Source: Candidatus Aminicenantes bacterium (GTDB lineage: Bacteria > Acidobacteriota > Aminicenantia > Aminicenantales > Aminicenantaceae). From it: a stretch of 42,868 nt of DNA. A model generated the notes under the pieces. It was given only the letters and a program-made list of their open reading frames with translations, had not been told where the DNA came from and made no database searches. Location: NCBI GenBank assembly GCA_050116035.1, contig JASFPJ010000001.1, forward strand, positions 1-42,868, in the 5' to 3' direction. Shown piece after piece: positions 9,455 through 18,405 of the stretch. The position numbers were made by a program, and so were the translations under genes. The stretch's first letter is position 1. Each line of letters starts with the position of its first letter.

Positions 9455-9550
9455 CCGAGTTCTCCTTTAGTGAGTTTTCGAGATATTTCATATAATTATA
9501 TATATTTTGAGGATTATGTCATGGAGAAATCAAAATATTTCAAGGTGTAA

Positions 9551-9583
9551 AAAATAGTCAAAAATTGGGGACAGTCCCCAATT
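9551..9583 (-). terminator. Rho-independent terminator downstream of the DUF502 gene
   Basis: Perfect 8-bp stem AATTGGGG / CCCCAATT (9563-9570 and 9576-9583) with a 5-nt loop. On the minus strand it is followed by TTTTGACTATTTT. It overlaps the stop codon at 9582-9584. Confidence 0.6.
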
Positions 9584-10193
9584 AATCAATTTTGAGATTT
9601 GAATAACCGACAGATATGATCATCTTGAATGCCTCATCAACGCTGAGATGGAGAGGCTTGACTTCCTCTTCAGGGGCCAGACAGAAGAATCCTGTTGTCG
9701 GATTGGGAGTTGTCGGTATGAATACCTTCAGCATTTTCATTTGTCCACGGTTTGGGAGGGTCTGAGTTTCCTCGCCGGTCACGAATCCGATAAAATAAAG
9801 CCCTTTTATCGGAAACTCAATCAGTACAGCCCGTGAGAATATCTTTTTGTCACTCACTATACCTGTGGTGAGATGTTTCACGCTCTGGTAGACGGTTTTC
9901 ACGATCGGGATTTTAGCGAGAATGGTCTCTCCCAGCTTGACGATTCTTCTCCCAAAAAAATTATTGGCGATGAATCCAACCAGGATAATAAGAATAAGAG
10001 CGATGACAAGCTCCACACCAAAATACGGAAAATATGTCTTTGGCTGGAGCGTAGAGGGAAGAAGGTTGAACGTGTTGCTGATCAGGTTGACAATGGCCCT
10101 TATGGCCAGAACGGTTATCCATATAGGAATAATGGTGATCATTCCCGCAACGAAGTGGTTCCTGATGATTTTAGAGATTTTTTTAAGGAGCAT
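9582..10193 (-). CDS. DUF502 family membrane protein
   Basis: 203 aa. ...ITIIPIWITVLAI..., ...LILVGFIANNFFGRRIV...LAKIPIVKTVY and ...FIPTTPNPTTGFF are hallmark DUF502 strings. Confidence 0.8.
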   Translation of the reverse strand: MLLKKISKIIRNHFVAGMITIIPIWITVLAIRAIVNLISNTFNLLPSTLQPKTYFPYFGVELVIALILIILVGFIANNFFGRRIVKLGETILAKIPIVKTVYQSVKHLTTGIVSDKKIFSRAVLIEFPIKGLYFIGFVTGEETQTLPNRGQMKMLKVFIPTTPNPTTGFFCLAPEEEVKPLHLSVDEAFKMIISVGYSNLKID

Positions 10194-10439
10194 TTGATTT
10201 TTCCTTTCTTGCTTGATATTTCTCGATTCTGGTCCTGACAGAGGCAGGACTCATTCTATTCTAAATTCCCAGAATGACTAATGTAAAGAGTGTACGGCCA
10301 AGAATGTTCTGCCGAAAAAGATTGGGTAACAGATGATATTTAATCTGGAAAAAGTGGCGATATAATCCTTTTATGAATTTTTTGTGAAAATCGATTCTTG
10401 TGCTATTATATGATGTTGGTATCGCTAAATGGAGATACG

Positions 10440-11684
10440 ATGAAATTCCATACAGCACTGCGCCCCTGGGCCATCCGGCGCCTTGAGAAGATTGAGCAGG
10501 TGGACCTGATCGTCGGCATCCCCTGTTTTAATAATGACTCGACTGTCGAGCATGTGATTGACATGGCCAGTGAGGGCATTGCCAAACACTACCGGAACCT
10601 GAAGACAGTGGTCATCATCTCCGACGGCGGCTCAACCGACGACACCAGAGAGCTTGCCAGGGATAAGACTGTTTACCCGTTCATCGAGAAGCTGGTCACT
10701 ATTTATCGGGGACTTCCGGGTAAAGGGAGCGCTCTCCGGATGATATTCGAAGCCGCGAATTCGCTGAACGCCAGAGCATGTGTTCTCTGTGATGCGGACC
10801 TGCGGAGTATCACTCCAGAATGGATCAAGGCTCTTGCCGACCCTGTCATGGAGCATGGACATGATTTTGTCGCACCCGTTTATTTCCGGTATAAATACGA
10901 CGCAACGATCACTAACAATATCGCTTATAATCTCACCCGGGCTCTGTTCGGCAAGCGGGTTCGCCAGCCCATAGGAGGCGACTTCGGCCTCTCCCAGGAA
11001 ATGATCGACCACTACTTCTACTGCGGCCAGGATATCTGGGTGACAGACATCGCCAAGTTCGGGATTGACATCTGGATGACGATTTCGGCCATCGTATCCG
11101 GCAAGTCCGTCTGTCAAGCTTATTTGGGGACCAAGGTCCATGATGTGAAGGACCCTCTGGAAAACCTCGGTCCCATGTTCAGGCAGGTGGTGCATCCGCT
11201 CTTTCAGCTTATGGAAAGCCATGACGAACTCTGGAAGAGTATAAAGGAAAGCACCCCTGTTCCGGTTTACGGAGAACCTCTCACTCAGGAGCCTGAACCA
11301 TTCTCCGTGGACCTGCCGGGAATGGTGGAGAATTACAAGGAAGGATTTAATAACCTGTCTGTTCTCTGGGAACAAATCATTAATCTTGAAAGCTTCGTTG
11401 TTCTCAAGTCTCTGGCTAGAAACAGGAAGAAAGACCATTTCCATATGCCAACAGAGGACTGGGCAAAGATAGTCTATGATTTTGCCTCCACCTTCCATCG
11501 CTGGAAAAGAGACAGGGGGAAGCTTGTCGAGATCATGCGTCCTCTGTATTATGCCCGGGTGGCTTCATTCATTAACGAGACCAAAGACATGAACAACACT
11601 CAGGCAGAGGAGGTAATCGAGAAGCAAGCTCAGACTTTTGAGCGATTGAAGCCTTACCTGTTAAATACGTGGGATAAGGGATGA
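10440..11684 (+). CDS. GT-A fold (GT2-like) glycosyltransferase; candidate one-step glucosylglycerate-type synthase
   Basis: The track ORF starts at TTG 10398. I prefer ATG 10440, which is preceded by GGAGA and lies downstream of a sigma70-like TTGTGA-16-TATTAT element. VDLIVGIPCFNNDSTV..., VVIISDGGSTDDT, GKGSALR and CDADLRSITPEW (DxD) indicate a nucleotide-sugar GT-A fold. The function is inferred from context only. Confidence 0.7.
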   Translation: MKFHTALRPWAIRRLEKIEQVDLIVGIPCFNNDSTVEHVIDMASEGIAKHYRNLKTVVIISDGGSTDDTRELARDKTVYPFIEKLVTIYRGLPGKGSALRMIFEAANSLNARACVLCDADLRSITPEWIKALADPVMEHGHDFVAPVYFRYKYDATITNNIAYNLTRALFGKRVRQPIGGDFGLSQEMIDHYFYCGQDIWVTDIAKFGIDIWMTISAIVSGKSVCQAYLGTKVHDVKDPLENLGPMFRQVVHPLFQLMESHDELWKSIKESTPVPVYGEPLTQEPEPFSVDLPGMVENYKEGFNNLSVLWEQIINLESFVVLKSLARNRKKDHFHMPTEDWAKIVYDFASTFHRWKRDRGKLVEIMRPLYYARVASFINETKDMNNTQAEEVIEKQAQTFERLKPYLLNTWDKG

Positions 11685-11697
11685 TCTTGTTTCCGTT

Positions 11698-13167
11698 ATG
11701 AAAAAATCCACGCCTTTGAAAATCCTGTTTGCATCTTCTGAGGTCACTCCGTTTGCCAAGACAGGCGGATTGGCTGATGTCTCTGCTTCTTTGCCCTCCG
11801 CCCTGGCCTCTTTAGGGCATCAGGTCGTTGTCGTTATGCCCCTCTACAGGTCGGTCAAGGAGGGCCAGTTCAAGCTAAAGAACCACGAAGAATATTTGGA
11901 CGTGCCCTTCAGAGGAAATACGGGGAAGGATCAGGTTTTATTCTCTAAGTTGAGCGACAATGTCCGCATTTATTTCGTGAATAGAGACGAGTTCTTCGAC
12001 AGAAGCGCGCTCTACGGAACTCCGGAGGGCGATTATCCTGATAACGCAGAGCGGTTCATTTTTTTCAGTCAAGCTGTGCTGAGTTTGAGCCAGCTGATTG
12101 AATTCCATCCGGATATTATCCATTGCAATGACTGGCAGACTGGCCTAGTTCCTGTTTATCTCAGGATTCTTTATAAGGATGATTCTTTTTTCGCTGACTC
12201 CCGGACCGTGTTCACCATCCATAATCTTGCCTATCAGGGTTTATTCCCTGATCAGTCTATGGCTATCAGTGGATTGCCTCAGGAACTCTTTTCCATAGAA
12301 GGATTGGAATACTACGGGAAGATGAACTTTCTGAAAGGCGGGATCGTCTTCTCTGATGCCATCACCACCGTAAGCGAGAAGTACTCCCAGGAAATTCAGA
12401 CACAGGAGTACGGTTATGGGCTGGAGGGTATTCTCCAGAAAAGGGCCAAGGACGTCCATGGGATATTGAACGGCGTTGACTATAAAGAATGGAGCCCTGA
12501 AGACGACACCCACCTTGCCGCCAATTATGACTTGAATGATCTTTCGGGAAAACATAAGTGTAAATTGGAACTGTTAGAGCTCTTTGAGTTAGACGAATCT
12601 GAGAATGCTCCTTTGATAGGCATTATCTCCCGGCTGGCTGCCCAGAAGGGCTTCGATATTCTGGCTGAGGCTGTGGATGAGCTGATCGAATTAGGCGTGT
12701 CTCTGGTCTTACTAGGCACAGGAGATAAGGCTTATGAGAAGCAGTTCGCTGAATTAGGTGAAAAGCATAGAGGACACTTTGGAGTCAAGATCGCCTTCGA
12801 TAACGCTCTGGCCCATAAGATCGAAGCAGGCGCGGATATGTTTCTCATGCCCTCCCGCTATGAACCCTGTGGCCTGAACCAGATGTACAGCTTGAGATAC
12901 GGAACCATTCCCGTTGTCCGAGCCACCGGTGGCTTGGATGATACCATACAAGAGTTTGACCCGAATTCTGGAAAGGGCAACGGTTTTAAGTTCGCAGAAT
13001 ATTCATCGGGAGCCCTGGTCGAGGCAGTCAAAAGAGCCCTGAGAGTTTACGGAAAGAGAGGAGTCTGGCTTGGATTGATGAAGAATGCCATGAAGGAGGA
13101 TTTTTCCTGGAACAGGTCCGCTCTTCGGTATGACGAGGTGTACAGGCAAGTTCTTCAGAAAGTATGA
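11698..13167 (+). CDS. glgA: Glycogen (starch) synthase, GT5
   Basis: 489 aa. N-terminal KILFASSEVTPFAKTGGLADV (KTGGL motif) and C-terminal ...PSRYEPCGLNQMYSLRYGTIPVVRATGGLDDT are canonical. Confidence 0.93.
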   Translation: MKKSTPLKILFASSEVTPFAKTGGLADVSASLPSALASLGHQVVVVMPLYRSVKEGQFKLKNHEEYLDVPFRGNTGKDQVLFSKLSDNVRIYFVNRDEFFDRSALYGTPEGDYPDNAERFIFFSQAVLSLSQLIEFHPDIIHCNDWQTGLVPVYLRILYKDDSFFADSRTVFTIHNLAYQGLFPDQSMAISGLPQELFSIEGLEYYGKMNFLKGGIVFSDAITTVSEKYSQEIQTQEYGYGLEGILQKRAKDVHGILNGVDYKEWSPEDDTHLAANYDLNDLSGKHKCKLELLELFELDESENAPLIGIISRLAAQKGFDILAEAVDELIELGVSLVLLGTGDKAYEKQFAELGEKHRGHFGVKIAFDNALAHKIEAGADMFLMPSRYEPCGLNQMYSLRYGTIPVVRATGGLDDTIQEFDPNSGKGNGFKFAEYSSGALVEAVKRALRVYGKRGVWLGLMKNAMKEDFSWNRSALRYDEVYRQVLQKV

Positions 13168-13185
13168 GCCCAGTATTGAGCAAGA

Positions 13186-14682
13186 ATGGATAAACGGGGA
13201 AGCGGTATTCTACTCCATATAACCTCCCTTCCTTCCCCATATGGAATCGGTGATCTGGGTCCAGAGGCATACCGGTTTGTGGATTTTCTGTCTTGCAGCA
13301 AGCAGAGCTTTTGGCAGATCCTTCCTTTATGTGCCATAAATTTCCCGTTTCATATTTCGCCCTATCTCAGTATGTCTGTTTTTGCCGGGAACACGATGCT
13401 CATCAGTCCGGACTGGCTTGTCCAGAGAGGGTATCTTGAAAAAGAGGAACTGGAACCAGTCCCTTGTTTTCCCGAGGGAAAAGTCGATCATTCCGCGGTT
13501 CATGTCTATAAGAAAAAACTTTTTCAAAAAGCTTACTCCAGGTTTAAAAAGAGAAGGAAAGAGGAAAATTATGAAAAATTTTGCGCCGAGAATTCTGGTT
13601 GGCTCGAGGATTTTTCTCTATTTATTTCTCTCAAGAACCATTACCAGGGAAAACCCTGGATTGAATGGCCCTCAGAGATTCGCAATAAAAAGCCTGCGGC
13701 CTTGAAAAAGTTAAGAAAAACTCTTCAAAATGAAACAGAGAAGGAAAAGTTCCTTCAGTATGTTTTTCATCAACAATGGGCTTCTTTAAGAGACTATTGC
13801 CTCAAGAATAAAATTCGAATCATAGGAGACTTGCCCATCTACACGGATTATGACAGTGCGGATGTCTGGATGCATCCAGAGATTTTTAAACTGAACAGGA
13901 AGAAAAGACCTTATTCTGTCTCGGGCGTTCCTCCGGATTATTTCAGCCGGACTGGACAGCGCTGGGGAAATCCTGTCTATGACTGGCCGGCTCTCAAGAA
14001 GAAGGGGTATGACTGGTGGATTCATCGGCTCGAGCATAATTTTAAACTTTATGACATTATCCGGATCGACCATTTCAGAGGATTTGTCGCCTACTGGGAG
14101 GTTCCGGCAGCCCACAGAACCGCTGCTCGCGGCAAGTGGATCAAGGCACCCGCAAAGGACTTTTTCACCAAACTGAAAAAAAGATTCCCAAGACTACCCA
14201 TCATCGCTGAAGACCTGGGCCATATCACGTCCGATGTCAAACAGGTCATGCAGCAGTTCGGCTTTTCAGGGATGAAAGTACTCCTCTTTGCCTTTGGAAA
14301 GAATAACCCTGAGCATCCTTATCTTCCCCATAATTATGAGAAGAATTGTGTGGTGTACACAGGTACCCATGACAACAATACGGTGAGGGGGTGGTTTGAA
14401 CATGAAGCCAAGTCAGCGGTGAAAAAAAGGATTTTTCGCTATCTAGGTTGCAAGGTCTCAAAAGAAGAAATTAGCTGGGAATTCATAGAGTTAGCCATGA
14501 TGTCTGTGGCAGACTTGGTGATTATTCCCATGCAGGATGTTCTGGGTCTGGGAGAGGTAGCCAGAATGAACCTTCCTGCGACCAGCCAGGGCAATTGGGA
14601 ATGGAAGCTTCTGCCAGAACAGTTGGGGCCTGAACTGGCGAAAAGACTCTCGGAGATGACCGAAATCTCTAAGAGGGCTTGA
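13186..14682 (+). CDS. malQ: 4-alpha-glucanotransferase (amylomaltase, GH77)
   Basis: 498 aa. RGSGILLHITSLPSPYGIGDLG..., IRIDHFRGF, IIAEDLG and YTGTHDNNT are GH77 signature segments. Confidence 0.92.
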   Translation: MDKRGSGILLHITSLPSPYGIGDLGPEAYRFVDFLSCSKQSFWQILPLCAINFPFHISPYLSMSVFAGNTMLISPDWLVQRGYLEKEELEPVPCFPEGKVDHSAVHVYKKKLFQKAYSRFKKRRKEENYEKFCAENSGWLEDFSLFISLKNHYQGKPWIEWPSEIRNKKPAALKKLRKTLQNETEKEKFLQYVFHQQWASLRDYCLKNKIRIIGDLPIYTDYDSADVWMHPEIFKLNRKKRPYSVSGVPPDYFSRTGQRWGNPVYDWPALKKKGYDWWIHRLEHNFKLYDIIRIDHFRGFVAYWEVPAAHRTAARGKWIKAPAKDFFTKLKKRFPRLPIIAEDLGHITSDVKQVMQQFGFSGMKVLLFAFGKNNPEHPYLPHNYEKNCVVYTGTHDNNTVRGWFEHEAKSAVKKRIFRYLGCKVSKEEISWEFIELAMMSVADLVIIPMQDVLGLGEVARMNLPATSQGNWEWKLLPEQLGPELAKRLSEMTEISKRA

Positions 14683-15714
14683 CTATTCGTCTTTTGCTTC
14701 CCGTAGATACTGAGCCGACTGCTCAGGTATACTGGGATTGATATAAAAGCCGCTGCCCCATTCGAAACCGGCTATTCGAGTCAAGCGGGGAATGATCTCG
14801 ATATGCCAGTGATAGTCGTACTTGAGGGTTTCCCATTTACCTGCGAATTTCGGTTTGGCCTCGGTGTTCGGAGATGTGTTCAGAACATAGTTGTAAGGAG
14901 CATCATGAAGAACGTTTTTGAGGCGAACCAGGGTATCTTTAAAAAAGAAAGAGAATTTCTCCAGATCTTCATCGGATGCCTCTGTATAGCTGTGGTTGTG
15001 CTGGATGGGCGCGATGAAAACTTCGAAGGGAAAACGAGAGGCATAGGGAGCGACAGCGATAAATCCATTTTCTTCGGCAATGACTCTGCTTTTGTCGAAC
15101 TGATCCTGCTGGATAAGGTCGCATATCAAACAGCGTTCCTTATTGTCATAATGTTTTTTCGCGGCATCGAGCTTGATGGTGACATTCAGCGGTACGATCG
15201 GCGTGGCGATTAACTGGGAATGAGCATGAGCAAGAGACGCGCCTGCCCTTTTCCCATGATTCTTAAAAATTAGGACATATTTAAACCGCGTGTCTTTGTA
15301 AAGGTCTCTCAGTCTTTCCCGATAAGCCAGAAGGGTCCATTTGAGTTGTTCGGGAGGGAGGTCAGCCAGTGTCACTTCGTGCTGTGGGGTTTCGATAATG
15401 ACCTCATGAGCCCCCACACCCTCGATCATGTCGTAGTAGCCGACGCCGATCCTCTTCCCCTCCGGACCGATGTTGAGTGCGGGAAATTTATTGGGAACCA
15501 CTCTCACTTTCCATCCCGGTGTATTGGGTTGAGACTGAGGATCTCTGATAGCCCATATTTCAGGGGGAGTCTCAGATTCATTGCCCCCGCAAAAGGGGCA
15601 GAGCTTGATATGGTTGTATTTGGTCGTGTCGCGGAGATCCATCGGGCGAGCCGCCCTTTCCGTGGCTATGATAACCCAGCGGTCCTGAAGAGGATCATAC
15701 CGGAATTCTGGCAT
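14683..15714 (-). CDS. GalT-family (HIT-superfamily branch III) hexose-1-phosphate nucleotidyltransferase; possibly an ADP-glucose/UDP-glucose phosphorylase-type enzyme
   Basis: 343 aa. Zinc motif CPFCGGNE, active-site HAHSQLIA (HxHxQ), AAGGAG RBS. Its stop codon abuts the malQ stop with zero intergenic nucleotides. Confidence 0.82.
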   Translation of the reverse strand: MPEFRYDPLQDRWVIIATERAARPMDLRDTTKYNHIKLCPFCGGNESETPPEIWAIRDPQSQPNTPGWKVRVVPNKFPALNIGPEGKRIGVGYYDMIEGVGAHEVIIETPQHEVTLADLPPEQLKWTLLAYRERLRDLYKDTRFKYVLIFKNHGKRAGASLAHAHSQLIATPIVPLNVTIKLDAAKKHYDNKERCLICDLIQQDQFDKSRVIAEENGFIAVAPYASRFPFEVFIAPIQHNHSYTEASDEDLEKFSFFFKDTLVRLKNVLHDAPYNYVLNTSPNTEAKPKFAGKWETLKYDYHWHIEIIPRLTRIAGFEWGSGFYINPSIPEQSAQYLREAKDE

Positions 15715-15733
15715 ATCTATCTCCTTTCAGTCA

Positions 15734-17017
15734 TTAGATCACAGTTCCGTCCGGAATAGCTGCATTTTTGGGGATGACGATGATCCCATCCCGGATCACA
15801 TAGTATTCCGAATCTTCATCGTTGATATTGCGGGAATTGACGAGCTTGACCCCGTTACCTATGCGCACATTCTTATCGATAATGGTGTTTCGAATCTCAC
15901 AGTTTTCTCCGATGCCAACATCGGGGATGCCGTCTGCTTTGTTTTGGGAGAATTCCTGCTCTGATTCGAAGAAATCCGCGCCCATGAGGACTGAGCGCTC
16001 AATTACGGAATTCTTCCCGATGCGAGACCGGATGCCGATGATAGACTGATTGATTCTGGCGCGGTCAATGATGCTCCCTTCACACAGAATGGAATTCTGG
16101 ACTTCAGAATGGTTGATTTTGGAACCAGGCAAGAACCTGGCGCGACTGAAGATCAACTTATCTTCGTCATAGAGGTTGAATTGCGGCAGCGGCTGGATTA
16201 AGTCAAGATGGGCTTCGAAGAAACTGCGGATTGTCCCGATGTCTTTCCAGTATCCATCGAAAAAGTAGGCGTAGACTTTATACTTATTCAAGGCAGAGGG
16301 AATCACCTCTCGGCCGAAATCTTCGTAGGTCGTGCTGGACAGCATATCGTTCAGGACTTTCCAGTTAAACAGGTAAATTCCCATGGAAGCCAAGTGTGTT
16401 CTGCCGGCTGCTTCTACACCAAATCGTTTGAACACGGTCTCAGAGACCTTAGTGCTCATCAGCAAAGAGGGTTCTTTTGGCTTTTCATGAAACTCTGAGA
16501 TTTTCCCGTTTTCTTCGACTTTCATCACACCAAGTTCTGGTACCATCTCGGTGTGGACAGGATAGACGGATATGCTGACTTCTGCTTTTTTATCTAGGTG
16601 GAAGTCGATGAATTTGCGGTAGTCCATCTGGTAGAGATGGTCACCTGAGAGGATTAATACCATCTCCCCCTCAGTCCGCAGAAAACGCAGATTTTGCCGG
16701 ACCGCATCGGCGGTCCCCTGATACCAATCAGGGCTTTCTAAGGTTTGGGAGGCAGAAAGAATAGTGATAAAGTCTTTGCTGAAGTTATCAAAACGGTAGG
16801 TGAGAAAGAGATGGCGGTGAAGCGATTCACTGCTGAACTGGGTCAGTAAAAAGATTCTCCGCAAGCCAGAATGGATGCAGTTGCTGATGGGAAAATCGAT
16901 GAGACGGAACCTTCCGGCGATCGGGACTGCGGGTTTGCTGCGTTTTTTTGTGAGCGGATAAAGTCGGCTGCCGTGGCCGCCTGCCAGAATGATTGTTATA
17001 ACCTTGGACAGAGGCAT
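15734..17017 (-). CDS. glgC: Glucose-1-phosphate adenylyltransferase (ADP-glucose pyrophosphorylase)
   Basis: 427 aa. IILAGGHGSRLYPLTKKRSKPAVPIAGRFRLIDFPISNC is the canonical N-terminal motif. The C-terminus is a left-handed beta-helix region. Confidence 0.92.
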   Translation of the reverse strand: MPLSKVITIILAGGHGSRLYPLTKKRSKPAVPIAGRFRLIDFPISNCIHSGLRRIFLLTQFSSESLHRHLFLTYRFDNFSKDFITILSASQTLESPDWYQGTADAVRQNLRFLRTEGEMVLILSGDHLYQMDYRKFIDFHLDKKAEVSISVYPVHTEMVPELGVMKVEENGKISEFHEKPKEPSLLMSTKVSETVFKRFGVEAAGRTHLASMGIYLFNWKVLNDMLSSTTYEDFGREVIPSALNKYKVYAYFFDGYWKDIGTIRSFFEAHLDLIQPLPQFNLYDEDKLIFSRARFLPGSKINHSEVQNSILCEGSIIDRARINQSIIGIRSRIGKNSVIERSVLMGADFFESEQEFSQNKADGIPDVGIGENCEIRNTIIDKNVRIGNGVKLVNSRNINDEDSEYYVIRDGIIVIPKNAAIPDGTVI

Positions 17018-17158
17018 TACCTTTTCATGTGTATAGAGAGAAATTTAATGAAAATGAGGCAAAAAGTAAAGGGATTTTATGATGGACCAGGTATTCTGTA
17101 CGACTTTTTCACCATTCAACATGAGACTTGCTCTATCTCAGAATGCGTTTACACTTCC

Positions 17159-18376
17159 TCAAGCCTGCTGTGTGTTCTCCTGTTCCACCGTTTCATTCAG
17201 TTTTTCGAGAAAGTCAGGGATAGCCGATGTCACCCGGTTCCAGTTGGGAATGAGAGGCGAGTAAAGAGGGTTCTCCTGGAACTCTTTTCCTGCAATCTGG
17301 ATGGCTTTGGTAAAAGCCTCCACCATCGCCGTTTCCTGGTGGCGGTCAAAATAGAGTCCGTTGATCGCCGCATCATCGTGGTAGCATTTGATGGTATCCT
17401 GAGCGGTACGGAGGTAATTGACAATCAGGGTATTGAGAAGGCTTTCGCTCAAAGCCGCTCCTTCGATGGCGAGATTCCTGAAGATGGCCTTGGCAATGTC
17501 GATGGACATCTTCATCAAGCCTGTCTTAGGATTTTCGGCTGAGAGGGGCTGATGCTTGTGTTCATAGGTTTCGCAGAGTTCGACCTGACAGATTCTTTTG
17601 AGGGCACAGTTGCGGTAGACTTCCGCCAGTGTTTCGACTTCTATCCCCCAGTCTGCAGGGATGCGGTTAATCCGGGCCAGGTCCACGCTCATCGAGAATT
17701 CTCCTGCCAGGGGGTAGCGGAAGCTGTCCAGGTAGACAAGAAGAGGCAGGTGCCCGAACAATTTTTCCAGACTCCTGATGATCGGAGTGACGAACAGACG
17801 GGTGACCCGGCCGTGCATTCGGTCAGTGACCCGGGCATAATAGCCTTTGCAGAAGGCATAATCTATGTTGGGCGATGCCACTGTGTAGCACAGTCTTCCC
17901 AGGAGTTCTCTGGAATAGTTAACGATATCGCAGTCATGGAGCGCAATGACTTTGCTTTCTTCTCGAGAAAGAATATAACCGTAGGCTGTCCAGCAGGAAC
18001 GGCCTTTTCCATCCTCACCCACAAAAAGCCCGTTCTTTTCCAGAAGTTTGTAGAGCTTGCCGATGGCTGGACCAGTGTTCCAGATGACGCGCGTTCTCTG
18101 GGGAAAAGAGGAGAAGAATTTTTTGGCCTTCTTGAACTGTGCCTCATCTGTCCTTCCCATGGTCACAACGATCTCGTTGAGGTAGGTAACCTTCTTGATG
18201 TCCTCGACGATTTTTTTTATGGCCGGGGCTTCCAGCTCAGCATAGGTCGAAGGAAGGACCAAGGCCACAGGACGATGACAGTTGAATTCCGTTAACTCAC
18301 TCTCCATTCGTTCAAGGTTGACTTTCCCGAACCTGTGGAAGGTGGCCACTACTCCGGTTTGATAAAAGTCAGCCAT
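17159..18376 (-). CDS. gpgS: GT81-family glucosyl-3-phosphoglycerate synthase (mannosyl-3-phosphoglycerate synthase not excluded)
   Basis: 405 aa. GKGRSCW, HDCDIV (DxD), HGRVTRLFVTPIIRSL, YPLAGEFS and DWGIEVETL parallel the mycobacterial and Persephonella-type GpgS blocks (GKGEALW, DSD, GGRVTELVARPLL, PLSGEYA, GYGVEIGLL). AGGAGG RBS. Confidence 0.72.
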   Translation of the reverse strand: MADFYQTGVVATFHRFGKVNLERMESELTEFNCHRPVALVLPSTYAELEAPAIKKIVEDIKKVTYLNEIVVTMGRTDEAQFKKAKKFFSSFPQRTRVIWNTGPAIGKLYKLLEKNGLFVGEDGKGRSCWTAYGYILSREESKVIALHDCDIVNYSRELLGRLCYTVASPNIDYAFCKGYYARVTDRMHGRVTRLFVTPIIRSLEKLFGHLPLLVYLDSFRYPLAGEFSMSVDLARINRIPADWGIEVETLAEVYRNCALKRICQVELCETYEHKHQPLSAENPKTGLMKMSIDIAKAIFRNLAIEGAALSESLLNTLIVNYLRTAQDTIKCYHDDAAINGLYFDRHQETAMVEAFTKAIQIAGKEFQENPLYSPLIPNWNRVTSAIPDFLEKLNETVEQENTQQA

Positions 18377-18405
18377 TTTATCCTCCTTTGATGAGGTCTT
18401 ATATA

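Noticed and set aside
10398-10439. TTG-initiated extension of the glycosyltransferase ORF. Similar extended starts occur at 38938 (CBM9/OMT fusion), 33179 (repeat protein) and 2065 (oxidoreductase).
   Set aside because: In each case an internal ATG has a proper Shine-Dalgarno at 5-11 nt, and the extension adds non-conserved residues ahead of the signal peptide or first motif. The upstream starts cannot be fully excluded without homologue alignment.
10261-10458. 65-aa minus-strand ORF in the intergenic region upstream of the DUF502 gene.
   Set aside because: It is AT-rich and Lys/Phe/Ile/Tyr-rich, as expected from translating promoter DNA. It has no RBS and overlaps the start of the plus-strand glycosyltransferase gene.
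10632-11498. 288-aa ORF antisense to the GT2-like gene. Similar long antisense ORFs occur at 16871..17542, 17552..18295, 18523..19125, 5514..6542 and 2222..2734.
   Set aside because: Each lies entirely opposite a gene with unmistakable family motifs. They have no RBS, low-complexity or Arg/Ser/Pro-rich composition, and no recognisable domains. They are typical shadow ORFs.
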